A stretch of 64,000 nt of DNA from a virus (IMGVR_UViG_3300028591_000141:1-64000), one strand, 5' to 3'. Shown: positions 42,712-53,496, counted from the stretch's first letter. Translations and numbers: made by a program. Notes: generated from the sequence alone by a model not told the origin.

Positions 42712-43089
42712 TTAATTACCACCTTTCTGATTAGTTGTGAATTGGACAAAACAATCAAGGGCGTCAACGTCATCCATGGACAGCGTCAGCCCGGGAATAG
42801 AGATCGGAATCTGAACCGGTTTGACCTTCAGATCCACATCAATGTCACTGAGTTCTTTCAACCTCTGCCGGAACGCAGCAGCTGCTTCCTGACTCTCGAA
42901 CGTGATGGATCCATCAGCATTGACTTTTGCGCTGTCGGTCATCTTTTTTTCTTCATCGAGTTGGAAGTCCCACTGAGGCTGCAGCGCCTGCTTGATCTTG
43001 AACAGATCAAAGGCCAGCTTGATCGGAAGATCTTGCTGGCCAAGTTTTGTTAATGCTTTGTATGCTTTTATTACCTTGAATTGTTTCAT
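42712..43089 (-). CDS. Hypothetical tail-module protein
   Basis: RBS AAGGAGG; 'LPIKLAFDL'. Confidence 0.6.
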   Translation of the reverse strand: MKQFKVIKAYKALTKLGQQDLPIKLAFDLFKIKQALQPQWDFQLDEEKKMTDSAKVNADGSITFESQEAAAAFRQRLKELSDIDVDLKVKPVQIPISIPGLTLSMDDVDALDCFVQFTTNQKGGN

Positions 43090-43098
43090 GCGTCCTCC

Positions 43099-43395
43099 TT
43101 ATTCACCGAGTACATCTATCGGGACGGTCAGCGCGATACGAAGATTCCCGCTTTCCGCAAGCACAATAGCCTCGATCAGGTCGGTATATCCGCGGTATTC
43201 CTTACTCACTTCACCGCCAATCAAGCCCTGGATAAAGTTGGTTTCGTCAGTGTTGGAAAAGACCGGAATAATCTCCATCATGCTCTTTCCGACAAATTCG
43301 ATATAAAGAACTGATGTCACACCGATCACCGTCGCGCCCATGAACCGGATAGGAAACTCTTTCCCGGTTGCTGTTCTGACAGACAATTCGTCCAC
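43099..43395 (-). CDS. Hypothetical tail-module protein
   Basis: RBS AAAGGAGG. Confidence 0.55.
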   Translation of the reverse strand: MDELSVRTATGKEFPIRFMGATVIGVTSVLYIEFVGKSMMEIIPVFSNTDETNFIQGLIGGEVSKEYRGYTDLIEAIVLAESGNLRIALTVPIDVLGE

Positions 43396-43409
43396 GGTAT
43401 CCCTCCTTT

Positions 43410-46400
43410 TTAAGAATGTCCAAGATAGTCAGCGATCGACTTCGTTGTCGTTTGTTTGTTTGTGAAGTCGACAGCCGTCACGACGTTGAATCCGTTTTTC
43501 CAGTTTGCGCTCTGATAACCATAGAAGCCGTTGCCGACATAGAGATTGGTGCCGTACAGGTAATTAGCCTTCAAGTAGCTTGCTGTCACAGATCCGGCGG
43601 TCAGGCTGTCAATGGTCGCCTTCGCAGAGTCACCGTTGTCAAGCGATGTCTTAACACCGGAGCTACCCTTTCCATACGTCACCGAACCGTTAGCAATCTT
43701 TGCCGTCCCGATCGAGCCGTCAGTCAGGTTCGTGGCGTTCATTGTCACGCCGCTGCTGAAGGTGATCGAGTCGACCGTGATGTTGCCTTTGATTGTCGCC
43801 GCCGTGGCCGTCAACCGACCGGAATAGTCGACAAAGAACGGATATGTCCACGCGCCATAGCTGGACCCGTTCCAATACCTGGAACCGATCGCGAACGCCA
43901 TTGTTCCGGCGGTGATGGAGTTCGGCGAGCTCATCCAGGCACCATACTGCGTTGTTGCGCTGCCAGGGTACACCGTACTCAGTCGCTGGATGTTGTTGCT
44001 GGTTATCTCCCATCCGGCTATCTCGCCCTTGGTAGAAACCATGGCGCCATCATATCGGACGAAAAACGGATACTGTTCCGGATTGCTACCCTGCTTTGTT
44101 CTTATCGCAAAGGCGGCATCGGTTGTGCTGACTGAACTCGGCGCCTGAATCATAACCTTGTATTCAGTACCGCCGGATGTGCTTGTTTTCGACAGCATAT
44201 TGCTGCCGATATCCCATCCGCCGATCTTGCCGGATGTAGCAGTGATCTTTCCGTCAGTGGCAACGGTAAAATATGTCGATGTCAGTGAGAATGTGCCGCC
44301 GGACGCGATTTGTATCGCTGTCGGAGTGATATAAATGCCGCTTCCGGAAGACCCGAGGCTGTTAAACTTCAGGGAACTGAGCTCGATCTTATTGTCGCTG
44401 ATCGTGACATACGATTTCGCGATATAGTTCGATCTGATCGCGCTCTCAGCGTTTGAGGCCCTCGTTACTTCCGCTGTTATGCTATTTGCGGTTTGTGTAA
44501 TTCTTGTGCCAAGGGCCCCCTCGGCATTTGTTGCCCTTGTGACCTCAGCCGTAATACTGTTCGCGTTCTGCGTGATCCGGCTGGAAAGCTGAGTTTCACC
44601 GTTCCTGCGCTGTGAAACTTCGCTTGCGATCTGATTTGCCTGGATTGTCAGCTGAGCGGTGTTTTCGACCAGCTGATCGTTCATTGTTGCCTGAGCCTGG
44701 GCCATCAGCGTGATCTCTTTGTCATTCTCGATGATCGCTGTGGTATGTCTGACCTCAGCGCCGTGATCAGAAACAAGGACCCAGTTGTAGCCGTCCCATG
44801 CGTACTCTTTCGGGCCCTCCATGCTGTTCCAGTCGTAGGTGGCGGCCAGCGTGTTCCAGGACATGGTCGCGGCCTTGTTCCACGTTACGACACTATATCC
44901 AGGCTCGGCCTTGATCCAGTGATCGCCCATATTGACGATGACACTTGAATCGTTCCGCGGATCCGTCAGTCGGATATACGTCACGCCCTTCGTGGCGACG
45001 GAGGCCACAGCCATGTCGATCTCCTGCTCGGCGACTGTCAGCCGTGTTTCAAAACTGGTGAAGGATTCGCCGTCGTAGATCTTCTGCCAGCTGCCGCCGT
45101 TCCATGTGTACATATTCGGCTCTGTAGCACCGCCCAGCTGCTGCCATGTGTGCTGCGCCGCCCATGACCAGGTGTGCTCGGCAACTTCATCCCACGCATA
45201 GCGCCGTTCAGACTCAACCCAGACATCGCCGGTATTGAATGTGTCCAGCCCATAATCAGCCGGGTCCGGAGGTGTCAGTGAGATATAAGTCTTGCTGAAT
45301 CCTGTCGCCTGGACATTCAGGCCCTGGAAGTCCATGGCCGTCTGCCAGGTCAGTCCGCCGTCCCTGGTGAAGCCGATACCGTACCTGGTGCCGTCATACT
45401 GGCCGATGCGGATCTGCTGGCCACTGTCCTGCGGGTTGATGATGTAGATGTTTCCGGCGTCCCAGTAGAAATTTGTCGTGCCCAGGATCCGGATCAGGTT
45501 TGCCTGCAGCACGCCGGAGGTGATGTAGTCAGCTACAAACTGCCCGTCAATGCTCCAGGCAGTGCCATATGTGCCGTGGTATCCGTCCTGACTGAAAGCG
45601 ATGCCGCCGTTGTTCATGCGGATGATATTGACGGCGTCTTCGATGTCCGGCGCGTCCATGATCAGGATCTCGTCCGGCTCGCCGTCGTTGTCGGTATCGT
45701 TCATGACGACATAACCGCCCAGCTGGCCGGTGACGCGCTCCGACACCGTCCGCGCCGTATCCGCCAGGGTGGATGTCGCGGTGTACGCCTGGTCAGCCGT
45801 CTTTTTGATGCCTGTGATCGTGCCGGCGATCGACACCCGGATGGATCCGAGCTCGATCTTGCTATACTGCTCCGTCAGGACATTCCATCGGGTCCGCACG
45901 CACTTTGCGGAGGCATTGACACCCAGCGCGTCAAAGTAGACGTGCACGGTGTCGCACAGATCCACGCGTTCTTTGATTTCCTCAAGCTGCACATAGCTCA
46001 GCTGAAGATTGACCACCGGAACGCCGATGTCATTGCTGTCAATGTACGCCTGAGCGGCCGTCCGCAGCTGGCTCTCGGTCGGTTCTTCCTCGAACCGGTC
46101 TGTCAGATCCACCGGGCAGATTTTTGTGAAGCTGAACGTGCCGGGCGCGTTGATGGTCTTTTCCGGCAGCGTGACAACGTATTTGGTTTCCGGATTGCAC
46201 CAGTACGGATAGATCCCGGTGTATACGTTGGCGTTGTTCTCTTCCTGCTTGATGCTTGTGAGGTTCTTCCCGTAGCGAATCGTAACGCCGCGGTCTGTGC
46301 CCCTGTTTGCATTAAAGATGCAGGAATAGCCGTTGTAAGCCCATTCACCGTGCCAGTGATCGAGCAGAGAGCCGGAGGTCCCGCCCATCAGCGCCCGGAT

Positions 46401-46841
46401 CGATGTCGGCTTAATGACCGTCAGCGTGCCGGTGGCCTCGCTCATATCAGACGCGAACGTGAACGGGCACGGGGACGGCGTGCAGTTGGCCGTCAGAGCG
46501 ATCAGCGCGGACTGCACACCGACCGCCGAGAAGGCGCCGTCGACATAGCCGCTCAGGTCATAACACAGGTGCTGGGCGTTGACGGTCACAATGCCGTTCA
46601 GCGGTTTCGATATGTTGTAGATCCGGAAGGGCTGCGGGTTGTCGTTAAAGTTCGGCTTGGCAAGGATGATCATCCGAAGCGCCAGATCTGAATAATGCTG
46701 GCCGCTGATCGGATACGTCATTTCAAGTTCATACTGTCCGTTGCGTTCTTCCTGCACTTCACAGGTGATCGCATCAGACAGTGCTCCAAGGCCGAACGAT
46801 CCCCAGCTGGTGGAGTCAGCCGGGTGCAATACAGGGATCAT
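43410..46841 (-). CDS. Tail-associated hub/spike (Tal-like) protein
   Basis: 'EERNGQYELEMTYP...QPFRIY', 'IRYGKNL'; tandem Trp-rich repeats; 'ITQ.ANSITAEVTRA' repeats. Confidence 0.85.
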   Translation of the reverse strand: MIPVLHPADSTSWGSFGLGALSDAITCEVQEERNGQYELEMTYPISGQHYSDLALRMIILAKPNFNDNPQPFRIYNISKPLNGIVTVNAQHLCYDLSGYVDGAFSAVGVQSALIALTANCTPSPCPFTFASDMSEATGTLTVIKPTSIRALMGGTSGSLLDHWHGEWAYNGYSCIFNANRGTDRGVTIRYGKNLTSIKQEENNANVYTGIYPYWCNPETKYVVTLPEKTINAPGTFSFTKICPVDLTDRFEEEPTESQLRTAAQAYIDSNDIGVPVVNLQLSYVQLEEIKERVDLCDTVHVYFDALGVNASAKCVRTRWNVLTEQYSKIELGSIRVSIAGTITGIKKTADQAYTATSTLADTARTVSERVTGQLGGYVVMNDTDNDGEPDEILIMDAPDIEDAVNIIRMNNGGIAFSQDGYHGTYGTAWSIDGQFVADYITSGVLQANLIRILGTTNFYWDAGNIYIINPQDSGQQIRIGQYDGTRYGIGFTRDGGLTWQTAMDFQGLNVQATGFSKTYISLTPPDPADYGLDTFNTGDVWVESERRYAWDEVAEHTWSWAAQHTWQQLGGATEPNMYTWNGGSWQKIYDGESFTSFETRLTVAEQEIDMAVASVATKGVTYIRLTDPRNDSSVIVNMGDHWIKAEPGYSVVTWNKAATMSWNTLAATYDWNSMEGPKEYAWDGYNWVLVSDHGAEVRHTTAIIENDKEITLMAQAQATMNDQLVENTAQLTIQANQIASEVSQRRNGETQLSSRITQNANSITAEVTRATNAEGALGTRITQTANSITAEVTRASNAESAIRSNYIAKSYVTISDNKIELSSLKFNSLGSSGSGIYITPTAIQIASGGTFSLTSTYFTVATDGKITATSGKIGGWDIGSNMLSKTSTSGGTEYKVMIQAPSSVSTTDAAFAIRTKQGSNPEQYPFFVRYDGAMVSTKGEIAGWEITSNNIQRLSTVYPGSATTQYGAWMSSPNSITAGTMAFAIGSRYWNGSSYGAWTYPFFVDYSGRLTATAATIKGNITVDSITFSSGVTMNATNLTDGSIGTAKIANGSVTYGKGSSGVKTSLDNGDSAKATIDSLTAGSVTASYLKANYLYGTNLYVGNGFYGYQSANWKNGFNVVTAVDFTNKQTTTKSIADYLGHS

Positions 46842-46853
46842 CGCTCCACCTCC

Positions 46854-47573
46854 TTAGATTTCCCACCACCTGGGCGTGATTGCAACAGTGCTGACCGCTC
46901 CGCTGAACCCGATCGAATTGGATCCGGGCGCCAGCGTGGCGAATTCGCTTGTGCTGCTTGAAACAATCGCGTTTTTGTTGTTCCCGCTGCCGTCGTAACA
47001 GTTCATTGTTTCGCAGTCGATATAAACCGGAACGGTCGTGTCGCTGATGGTGAACACCGTGCCGTTGACCGTTACCGTGCCCTCAACGCCTCCGCCGGTA
47101 ACAAGCAGCAACGGTCTGGAAGCGAACGCGGTCGGGTTTGTGATCGTGCCAGGGATGATAAACGTCTCCGATGTTTCTCCGCTTTTCAGAAACCGCTGCG
47201 GTTTGCAGTTGAAAGTGATCTTTGCCCGCCCGACGCGGGTCATGATGTTGTCGATGTCAACTGGTCCGACAAAGTGCGCCAGCCGGAAGTGATCCGGGTC
47301 GAAATCATCCTCCAGGCGCCGGTATCCTGTCGGTCCGTAGAGCCATGCCGCTACACTTGAAAAAGCGCCGGGGACGGCGTGCTCTGATCCGTCACCGGCG
47401 AATATTTCATAATCCTGATCGACATTGTCCCATGCGTCCTGCGGGCGGATGATATCCCCGCTCCGGCCTGGCACCGAGTAGACGTCAACCTTTCTTTTCG
47501 GTTTTACGTAGAAGGGAGCGGCCTCGACATAGATCCCGAGGCTGTCCGATGTGACATTGTTCCATGTGATCAT
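46854..47573 (-). CDS. Distal tail protein (Dit)
   Basis: 'SVPGRSGD...FNCKPQRF...LAPGSNSI...TPRWWEI'. Confidence 0.85.
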   Translation of the reverse strand: MITWNNVTSDSLGIYVEAAPFYVKPKRKVDVYSVPGRSGDIIRPQDAWDNVDQDYEIFAGDGSEHAVPGAFSSVAAWLYGPTGYRRLEDDFDPDHFRLAHFVGPVDIDNIMTRVGRAKITFNCKPQRFLKSGETSETFIIPGTITNPTAFASRPLLLVTGGGVEGTVTVNGTVFTISDTTVPVYIDCETMNCYDGSGNNKNAIVSSSTSEFATLAPGSNSIGFSGAVSTVAITPRWWEI

Positions 47574-50338
47574 GCGAATACCGCCTCCCGTCTGTCAATA
47601 CTGTGCTGGATCCGTTCCATCACGATGTCGGCCAGCGTCCGGACATCCTGGCCCTCAGCGCCGTATACGTTGATCGTCACGTCATGCGGGCCGGCTTCCT
47701 GGCGTACAATGTCGCGGAGGTCATCCAGGGCGCCGACGAACTCAGGCCGCTTTTCAGCGATACCGATCACGGTGGGCTGTGTGAAGACACCGCCCTTGTC
47801 GTACCAGCTGACGTTCAGCGACGGCGCGCTCATGTAGCCATCAGAGCCATCCATGTCCCACACACCGGACCAGTAGAAATGCGGCGTGCTGATGTGCGGA
47901 ATTGTCCAGCGAACATTCGCAAACAAATTTTCAATGCTGCTTAGTGCATAGCTGATGCTTGTGACAAACGGGTTCAGATTCAGGAGATTGATGTTATCAA
48001 TGGCATCCTTCATGTAATACTTGAAGTTGTAATTCTTGCCACTGAAAGTCTTTTCCATGTCTGACAAAGTAGTCTCAATGGAAGTCTTGAAGGATGAGAA
48101 ATCCGCCTTCCCATTCTCGACGAATGTATTCAGTTCCGAACCTGTTTCAAACGCCTGGTCACCGATACCGTCGATTGCTGTCGTGATGCGGTCAATATTC
48201 TGCGGAATGTTCTGCTCGCGCTTGGTTTCATCATTAAGTTCCTTAATGGAACCCGCCAGGCTGCTGATGTTCTTCGAGGCAGTATTAAGGCCCTTTGCCC
48301 CGGAAGATACTGTCTCAAGCGCCGGGCCGAGCGTTTCAAGTTTCTCGGCGATCTTCTTATTGGCCATGTCGTTGGCCTTGTTCGTGATGTCGCCGATGCC
48401 CTTCGCGATACCGCCCAGGGTCGCGACCAGGTCAAATACGCTTGTCTGATTGGCCAGCCGGATCGCAGCGTCCGCAACCGTGCTGAAGCCTTGGCCTGCC
48501 TTGACCGCCGCTTCGCCGATGCTGTCAAACACACCGGCCAGCTTCTCGAGGATGTTCGCGATACTGTCATTAATGCTGACGACACCGTCAGAGATTGAAG
48601 TGATGATGCCGCTGATGGCGTCTCCGATCGCCGTGATCGGATCTGCCAGCGACTCATTGAACCCGCTGAACGCGTCAACGATCAGCCCAAGATTCGTTCC
48701 GATGCTGTCAACAATACTGACAACCGTTTCGCCGATCTGTTTAATGAGACCGCTGATGCTGTCAATAATCGGGCTGATCTGTGAAACGATACCGTTAAAG
48801 GAATCAATAATTTCCGGCAGCTTCTCAGCCACGGTCTTGACCATGTCCTGGATCGCCGGGATAAACGGCTCGAATCCGGAAATGATGGTCTTGATCGCCT
48901 CAGCGATCCCGGGCGCGTGTTCGTCAAGTGCCGCGATGATTTCCCCGCCAAAGTCTACGAACGCCTTCAGGATGTTCGGCAGGCCGCTCTCTTCGTTGCC
49001 GATGGCGTTGACCAGCTGGCCGATGATTTCCCCGCCCTTTTCAAACACCTGGGGCAGGATCTCGCCGAGCTTGCCGACGATTTTCTGCAGGGCATCGCCG
49101 ATGGTCGTGAACAGGGAGGATCCATCTTCCGTCTGGCCGGAAATGCCTTCGACCAGTTTGGTGATCATTTCCCCGCCCTTTGTGATGATGGTCGGGAACA
49201 GGTCCGCGATCCCTTCCGTCAGGGCTCCGACTGCCTTAATGGCGCCCTCCGCCAGTTCCGGGGCGTGCTCAATAATGCTGCCGACCAGGCTGACAATGAT
49301 ATCCGCGCCGGCAGTGATCAGCGTCGGAAGCGCCTCAACAATCGCACCGCCCAGAGTGGTCAGGATATCAGTCGCAAGCGGGACAATCGTCGGCAGGTTC
49401 TCCGAGATCGCACCCAGGATGGCCTTCAGTATCTCACCGCCGGTTTCGATCAGCGTCGGCAGCACTTCCTTGATCTTTTCGGATATGCTGGCAATGCCTT
49501 CCTTAATCAGGGCGATACCTTTCGAGGAATCACCGGCAAAAATTTGCGTTAAGCCGTCCATGACCGTTGTGATCCCGGGCAGGAAGTCAGCGATCATCCG
49601 GTTCTTCAGCCCGTCAAACGACTGTGTCATGTTCTGCAGGCTGTCCTGGAACGCAGCTGACGCCTTCACATCTTCCTCGGACATGACAATTCCGAGATCA
49701 TGGGCCTGCTGACGCATGGCCTCAATATCGGCAGCTGACGTGTTCAGCAGAGCGCCCATTTCGGTCGCACCCTTGCCGAAAAGTTCCTGGGCGATCCGGG
49801 CGCGTTCCGTTTCATCTTCGACGCTTGTCAGCGCCATGACGGTCTTGTTCCAGAGCTCTTCCCGGCTCATGCTCTGCGCGTCTTCCGCAGATATGCCCAG
49901 CTTCTGGAACGCGTCAGATCCATTCGCCGCTGCCGTGGACAGCTTGACCATGGAAGTTTTCAGAGACTCCATGCTGGTCCCGCTGTGCTGCGCTATGAAA
50001 TCCCATTCCTGATAGGCATCCGTAGACAGCCCGATCTTCTGGGACATCTTGTCGATATTGTCGCCATAGGCGGCTGTGGCGGACGCTGCATCGTAAATGC
50101 CCTTGACCAGGGCACCCGTGCCGGCAACCGCCGCGGTGACCGCTGTGGCCATGACTTTTGCGCCCTTTTTGACGGCGCTGCCGAAGCCCCCGGTGAATTT
50201 ACTACCGGACTGCTTGCCGGCCTTCTCGCCGGCTTCTTCGCCCGCGGAGGTGAGCTGATTCGTCATCTCGCGCTGCGAGCCCTCCATAGACGGAACGATT
50301 GTAACTATCGCCCGTGCTACTTCAATGCCTTCAGCCAT
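47570..50338 (-). CDS. Tape measure protein
   Basis: 922 aa helical repeats; 'SWYDKGGVFTQPT...AE..PE'. Confidence 0.9.
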   Translation of the reverse strand: MAEGIEVARAIVTIVPSMEGSQREMTNQLTSAGEEAGEKAGKQSGSKFTGGFGSAVKKGAKVMATAVTAAVAGTGALVKGIYDAASATAAYGDNIDKMSQKIGLSTDAYQEWDFIAQHSGTSMESLKTSMVKLSTAAANGSDAFQKLGISAEDAQSMSREELWNKTVMALTSVEDETERARIAQELFGKGATEMGALLNTSAADIEAMRQQAHDLGIVMSEEDVKASAAFQDSLQNMTQSFDGLKNRMIADFLPGITTVMDGLTQIFAGDSSKGIALIKEGIASISEKIKEVLPTLIETGGEILKAILGAISENLPTIVPLATDILTTLGGAIVEALPTLITAGADIIVSLVGSIIEHAPELAEGAIKAVGALTEGIADLFPTIITKGGEMITKLVEGISGQTEDGSSLFTTIGDALQKIVGKLGEILPQVFEKGGEIIGQLVNAIGNEESGLPNILKAFVDFGGEIIAALDEHAPGIAEAIKTIISGFEPFIPAIQDMVKTVAEKLPEIIDSFNGIVSQISPIIDSISGLIKQIGETVVSIVDSIGTNLGLIVDAFSGFNESLADPITAIGDAISGIITSISDGVVSINDSIANILEKLAGVFDSIGEAAVKAGQGFSTVADAAIRLANQTSVFDLVATLGGIAKGIGDITNKANDMANKKIAEKLETLGPALETVSSGAKGLNTASKNISSLAGSIKELNDETKREQNIPQNIDRITTAIDGIGDQAFETGSELNTFVENGKADFSSFKTSIETTLSDMEKTFSGKNYNFKYYMKDAIDNINLLNLNPFVTSISYALSSIENLFANVRWTIPHISTPHFYWSGVWDMDGSDGYMSAPSLNVSWYDKGGVFTQPTVIGIAEKRPEFVGALDDLRDIVRQEAGPHDVTINVYGAEGQDVRTLADIVMERIQHSIDRREAVFA

Positions 50339-50753
50339 GTCTCTCCCTCCGTTTCTCTATCCATTTCCGCATCTCATCCGGCGGCATTGCGGATGCCTTT
50401 CCGCCGAACGTTTTCGACTTCCGTTTCGTGTCGCCGGGACGCGGGTACGGCGTCGGCTTCTTCGGCCGTCCGCCGTGCGCCTTTATAAGGATTGCCTGCA
50501 GACTCGCCAGATAGTCGATGACGTCCGCAAGCATTAAGTTCGTTTTGTAGGTTGTCGCCCATGCGGAGATCTCCGGATCTATTTCCCGCACGGTCGCCGA
50601 AGCTGGATCCATATACCTCAAAAAAGAGCCGAGCGCACTCCACGAAAGAGTGCGCCCGACTGATTCAAGGCCGCGGCCTGTTGTCATTAACAAGTCACGT
50701 TCAACCGCCTCGCGGTGTTCGCTTACGAATCCGCTGAGGCCGAGGATTCCCCC
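50331..50753 (-). CDS. Tail assembly chaperone -1 frame (gpGT-like)
   Basis: Slippery G GGG GAA at 50753-50747; -1 frame open into ORF 50331-50693. Confidence 0.75.
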   Translation of the reverse strand, partial: GGILGLSGFVSEHREAVERDLLMTTGRGLESVGRTLSWSALGSFLRYMDPASATVREIDPEISAWATTYKTNLMLADVIDYLASLQAILIKAHGGRPKKPTPYPRPGDTKRKSKTFGGKASAMPPDEMRKWIEKRRERHG

Positions 50754-51031
50754 AGCTTCGCTTTCCCTTCGCTCAGGGCGTAGGAGTTGAAAATGGAGAA
50801 GAACTCCATATCACCGATGTCGGCTTCCTTCAGGTCCGGCGCGTACTTCAGGACGAAATCCTTGATCAGTTTACCGCGCTTTTCCAGATCATCAGCCTGG
50901 TCGATCTTCCGCATCATTTCCGCCTCAGCAAAAGACAGCTGAGACAGAGCCGGCAGGGTATAGACCTTATCGGTGCTGCCTTCCAGCGCAAACGTAAAGC
51001 CGCGCTGCTTTCTGACGATATAGTCAGCCAT
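50723..51031 (-). CDS. Tail assembly chaperone (gpG-like)
   Basis: Position after tail tube; ends 'KLGESSASADS'. Confidence 0.75.
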   Translation of the reverse strand: MADYIVRKQRGFTFALEGSTDKVYTLPALSQLSFAEAEMMRKIDQADDLEKRGKLIKDFVLKYAPDLKEADIGDMEFFSIFNSYALSEGKAKLGESSASADS

Positions 51032-51053
51032 TGGGAAATCCTCCTTTAATTAA

Positions 51054-51608
51054 TCAGCCGCTGGTCTTCTGGCCGTCATCCTTGACGAACTTCCAGTCTC
51101 CCTCGATGGTGGGGTTCCAGGTGATCGCCCCTGTAGGATTGAAGGCCACGTCGCCGACTTCCGTCACGGTGCAGTCAGCGCTGCAGAGCATGAATTCGTC
51201 GTCGCCATCCTTGCCCAGGAAGACGAAAGCATAATGGTTGCTGGTCGGTCCCTGGCTCATGTCCACGTTAAGCAGCTTGCCATGGGTGGTGGTCGCGGCG
51301 GTTTCCGTCACGCGATCGCCGAAAATTGCGGTCAAGCTGGCCTTTGTGGTGGAGATCAGGGAGACATTCACGGTGCCCTTCTCGGTCATGACCTGGCGCC
51401 GGGCCGTGCGGCTCCAGTCGCGGATCACGTCCACGCTGCCGAAGGGAGTCAGGGTCGGGCCATCCTCAGAGATGTAGCCGCCCTCAACAAAGGCAGCGTC
51501 CAGCGTGTCACCGGGGAAAGTGGGCATCACCAGCTCATCATCGACCGGCGCGTAATAGAACATGCCGGACACATTGCCGAGACCGATATTGACGTCATTG
51601 GTCGCCAT
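51054..51608 (-). CDS. Major tail (tube) protein
   Basis: 'GYISEDGPTL...IRDW...VTEVGDV'. Confidence 0.85.
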   Translation of the reverse strand: MATNDVNIGLGNVSGMFYYAPVDDELVMPTFPGDTLDAAFVEGGYISEDGPTLTPFGSVDVIRDWSRTARRQVMTEKGTVNVSLISTTKASLTAIFGDRVTETAATTTHGKLLNVDMSQGPTSNHYAFVFLGKDGDDEFMLCSADCTVTEVGDVAFNPTGAITWNPTIEGDWKFVKDDGQKTSG

Positions 51609-51625
51609 AGTGTTTTACCTCCGTA

Positions 51626-52009
51626 TCAAATAGTTGTGTTTTCCAGATGCGCCGTCACGCTTAAACGCGCCGAGCACATCGCGATATCCGGCCGCACAGG
51701 GTCAACGCCCCAGCTGCCGGACGATGTAACCTGAATATGCCTGACCGGCGTCGTGCTCTCCCTGGCGATCTTCCGCAGGATGCCGACCGCCTTGTTAAGC
51801 AGGTCGACCGCCTGGGGCTCACGCAGGGCGCGGCTGTCCAGGACAATTTCAGTGCTGTCGATGGTGTCACGGTCAGAACCTCCGACCTTGGTCACCAGGA
51901 TGCAGGGCATTGTAAAGTCAGCCGGCAGCGGACGGCAGTACGCAGTCATATACGTGTCCAGGATCTTCTGGACTTCATACTCGATATCAACCGATGTCTG
52001 AATCTGCAT
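51626..52009 (-). CDS. Tail terminator
   Basis: 'LVTKVGG'; synteny. Confidence 0.65.
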   Translation of the reverse strand: MQIQTSVDIEYEVQKILDTYMTAYCRPLPADFTMPCILVTKVGGSDRDTIDSTEIVLDSRALREPQAVDLLNKAVGILRKIARESTTPVRHIQVTSSGSWGVDPVRPDIAMCSARLSVTAHLENTTI

Positions 52010-52293
52010 TACATCACCGCCCCGCTTAGTGCTTTGTCCTCTGACTCAGCTATCATGCTCGCCCTGTCGGTCGTTCCCACGAATCCGACATAACGATTGC
52101 TTCGATATGCGTGAGTCAGCTTTACGTTAGACTGGAATCCTTCTCCGCCGCGCGCGTTCGCCGCGTTCGCCCTTGAACAGATTGTCTCTGTTTCGGACAG
52201 AATCACGTCATGAACGCCGGCACCGGTCAGGATCTGCTCAAACCCTGCTGAAATGAATTCGATTTCAACCCGCTTCGCCATCAGCCGTCCCAC
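52009..52293 (-). CDS. Neck/tail completion protein
   Basis: Synteny and size. Confidence 0.55.
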   Translation of the reverse strand: MGRLMAKRVEIEFISAGFEQILTGAGVHDVILSETETICSRANAANARGGEGFQSNVKLTHAYRSNRYVGFVGTTDRASMIAESEDKALSGAVM

Positions 52294-52622
52294 CTCTCGA
52301 GGTTGAGAACAATGCTCGACACAAGCCCGGTCGGAGAATCCCAGACCCGGGGCTCGCCGTTGATGGTATAGGTGTTTCCGTTGTACCTGATCCGGTCGCC
52401 GGCGAGAACATCCGACCCGGGCGGCATATAACAGGTGTATCCGTCAGTGATGCCCTGGATCCTGCCGTCCTGAGACAGAGAAGTCCCGGCGGGCTGCATG
52501 GAGCAGCCGCTTATATCCAGTTCGTCCGGATTGTCCCAATCAGGGTAAACCGTGCCACGTTCGACGATCGTGCCGGCTCGGATCCGCGTCACTGTGTCGT
52601 TCACCCAGGAAGGAAGCGCCAT
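52281..52622 (-). CDS. Head-closure protein
   Basis: 'PDW...GCSMQP...DVLAGDRI...YTINGEP'. Confidence 0.7.
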   Translation of the reverse strand: MALPSWVNDTVTRIRAGTIVERGTVYPDWDNPDELDISGCSMQPAGTSLSQDGRIQGITDGYTCYMPPGSDVLAGDRIRYNGNTYTINGEPRVWDSPTGLVSSIVLNLERWDG

Positions 52623-53248
52623 CAGAACACCCCCCTCACCTTGTAGGGTTCGAGGGTCTCAAGGTCAGTAGACTGCAGCGCACCAGCTCCGCCTCCATTC
52701 GCCCAGCTTGCACTGTAAGAGATGGAAACACCGCCCGCGCTTTCGCTTGCCACGCCGTTCGGCGACACAAGCGCCCTGGTGGCCCGTCCGGAGATGATTT
52801 CCTTAATGGATCCCATCATCGTGTCCGGGACGCCTGCCGTATAAGCGACAGTGATCTCCGTTTTCCGGGAAACCGGCGCGACATCGAACAGATGGACGAT
52901 TCCGTTCTGCTCAAACGTGAAATCCGTCCAGGCTTCGCCGTCAATCGTTACGGTCGAAACGCCTGTGATAAACGCCGCCGGCAGCTGCACCAGGAAGTCG
53001 TTATTAACCCGCTTGATCCTTCCGTTCCCGTAGAGCAGGCGCTCAGAGAACTCGCAGGCCTGCGGAGGAGATACATGCCAGCCGCAATGATTACGTACGC
53101 CCATGGAGGCCGCTGAGATGCTGGCGGGAATCCGAACGTCACCGGCGAACTTATTCGCGGTCATCGTGTTGAAATCCGCCTGGGACAGCATATCCGCCAG
53201 GGCATCCGCATCCGTGATGGTGTACCCCCAGTTCGTTACAAGGCTCAT
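52622..53248 (-). CDS. Head-tail connector
   Basis: 'VRNHCGWH...YTAG...SESAGGVSISY...LEPYK'. Confidence 0.75.
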   Translation of the reverse strand: MSLVTNWGYTITDADALADMLSQADFNTMTANKFAGDVRIPASISAASMGVRNHCGWHVSPPQACEFSERLLYGNGRIKRVNNDFLVQLPAAFITGVSTVTIDGEAWTDFTFEQNGIVHLFDVAPVSRKTEITVAYTAGVPDTMMGSIKEIISGRATRALVSPNGVASESAGGVSISYSASWANGGGAGALQSTDLETLEPYKVRGVF

Positions 53249-53430
53249 TTTGTCGCCGCCTTCCTGGATTTGTTCGCAGGCTTAACAGCCTTTACAGCAG
53301 GATTTTCGACCTTCGCCTTGGGCGGTTCCACCGCCTTCGCCGCGGGCCGCTTAAACTCGACAGCGCCTGCCGGCTGCTGGCCTTCTTCGTACTCGAGCTT
53401 CATGCCGTTGTACAGGTAAGTCTTCAGCAT
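53245..53430 (-). CDS. Small basic head-associated protein
   Basis: Follows capsid gene; 'PANKSRK' tail. Confidence 0.55.
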   Translation of the reverse strand: MLKTYLYNGMKLEYEEGQQPAGAVEFKRPAAKAVEPPKAKVENPAVKAVKPANKSRKAATK

Positions 53431-53496
53431 CTGGTTTCACCGCCCTTTCATGGTAAGATGGGGAGCCGCCCAGACTGGACGGCCCCCGGTTATTCA

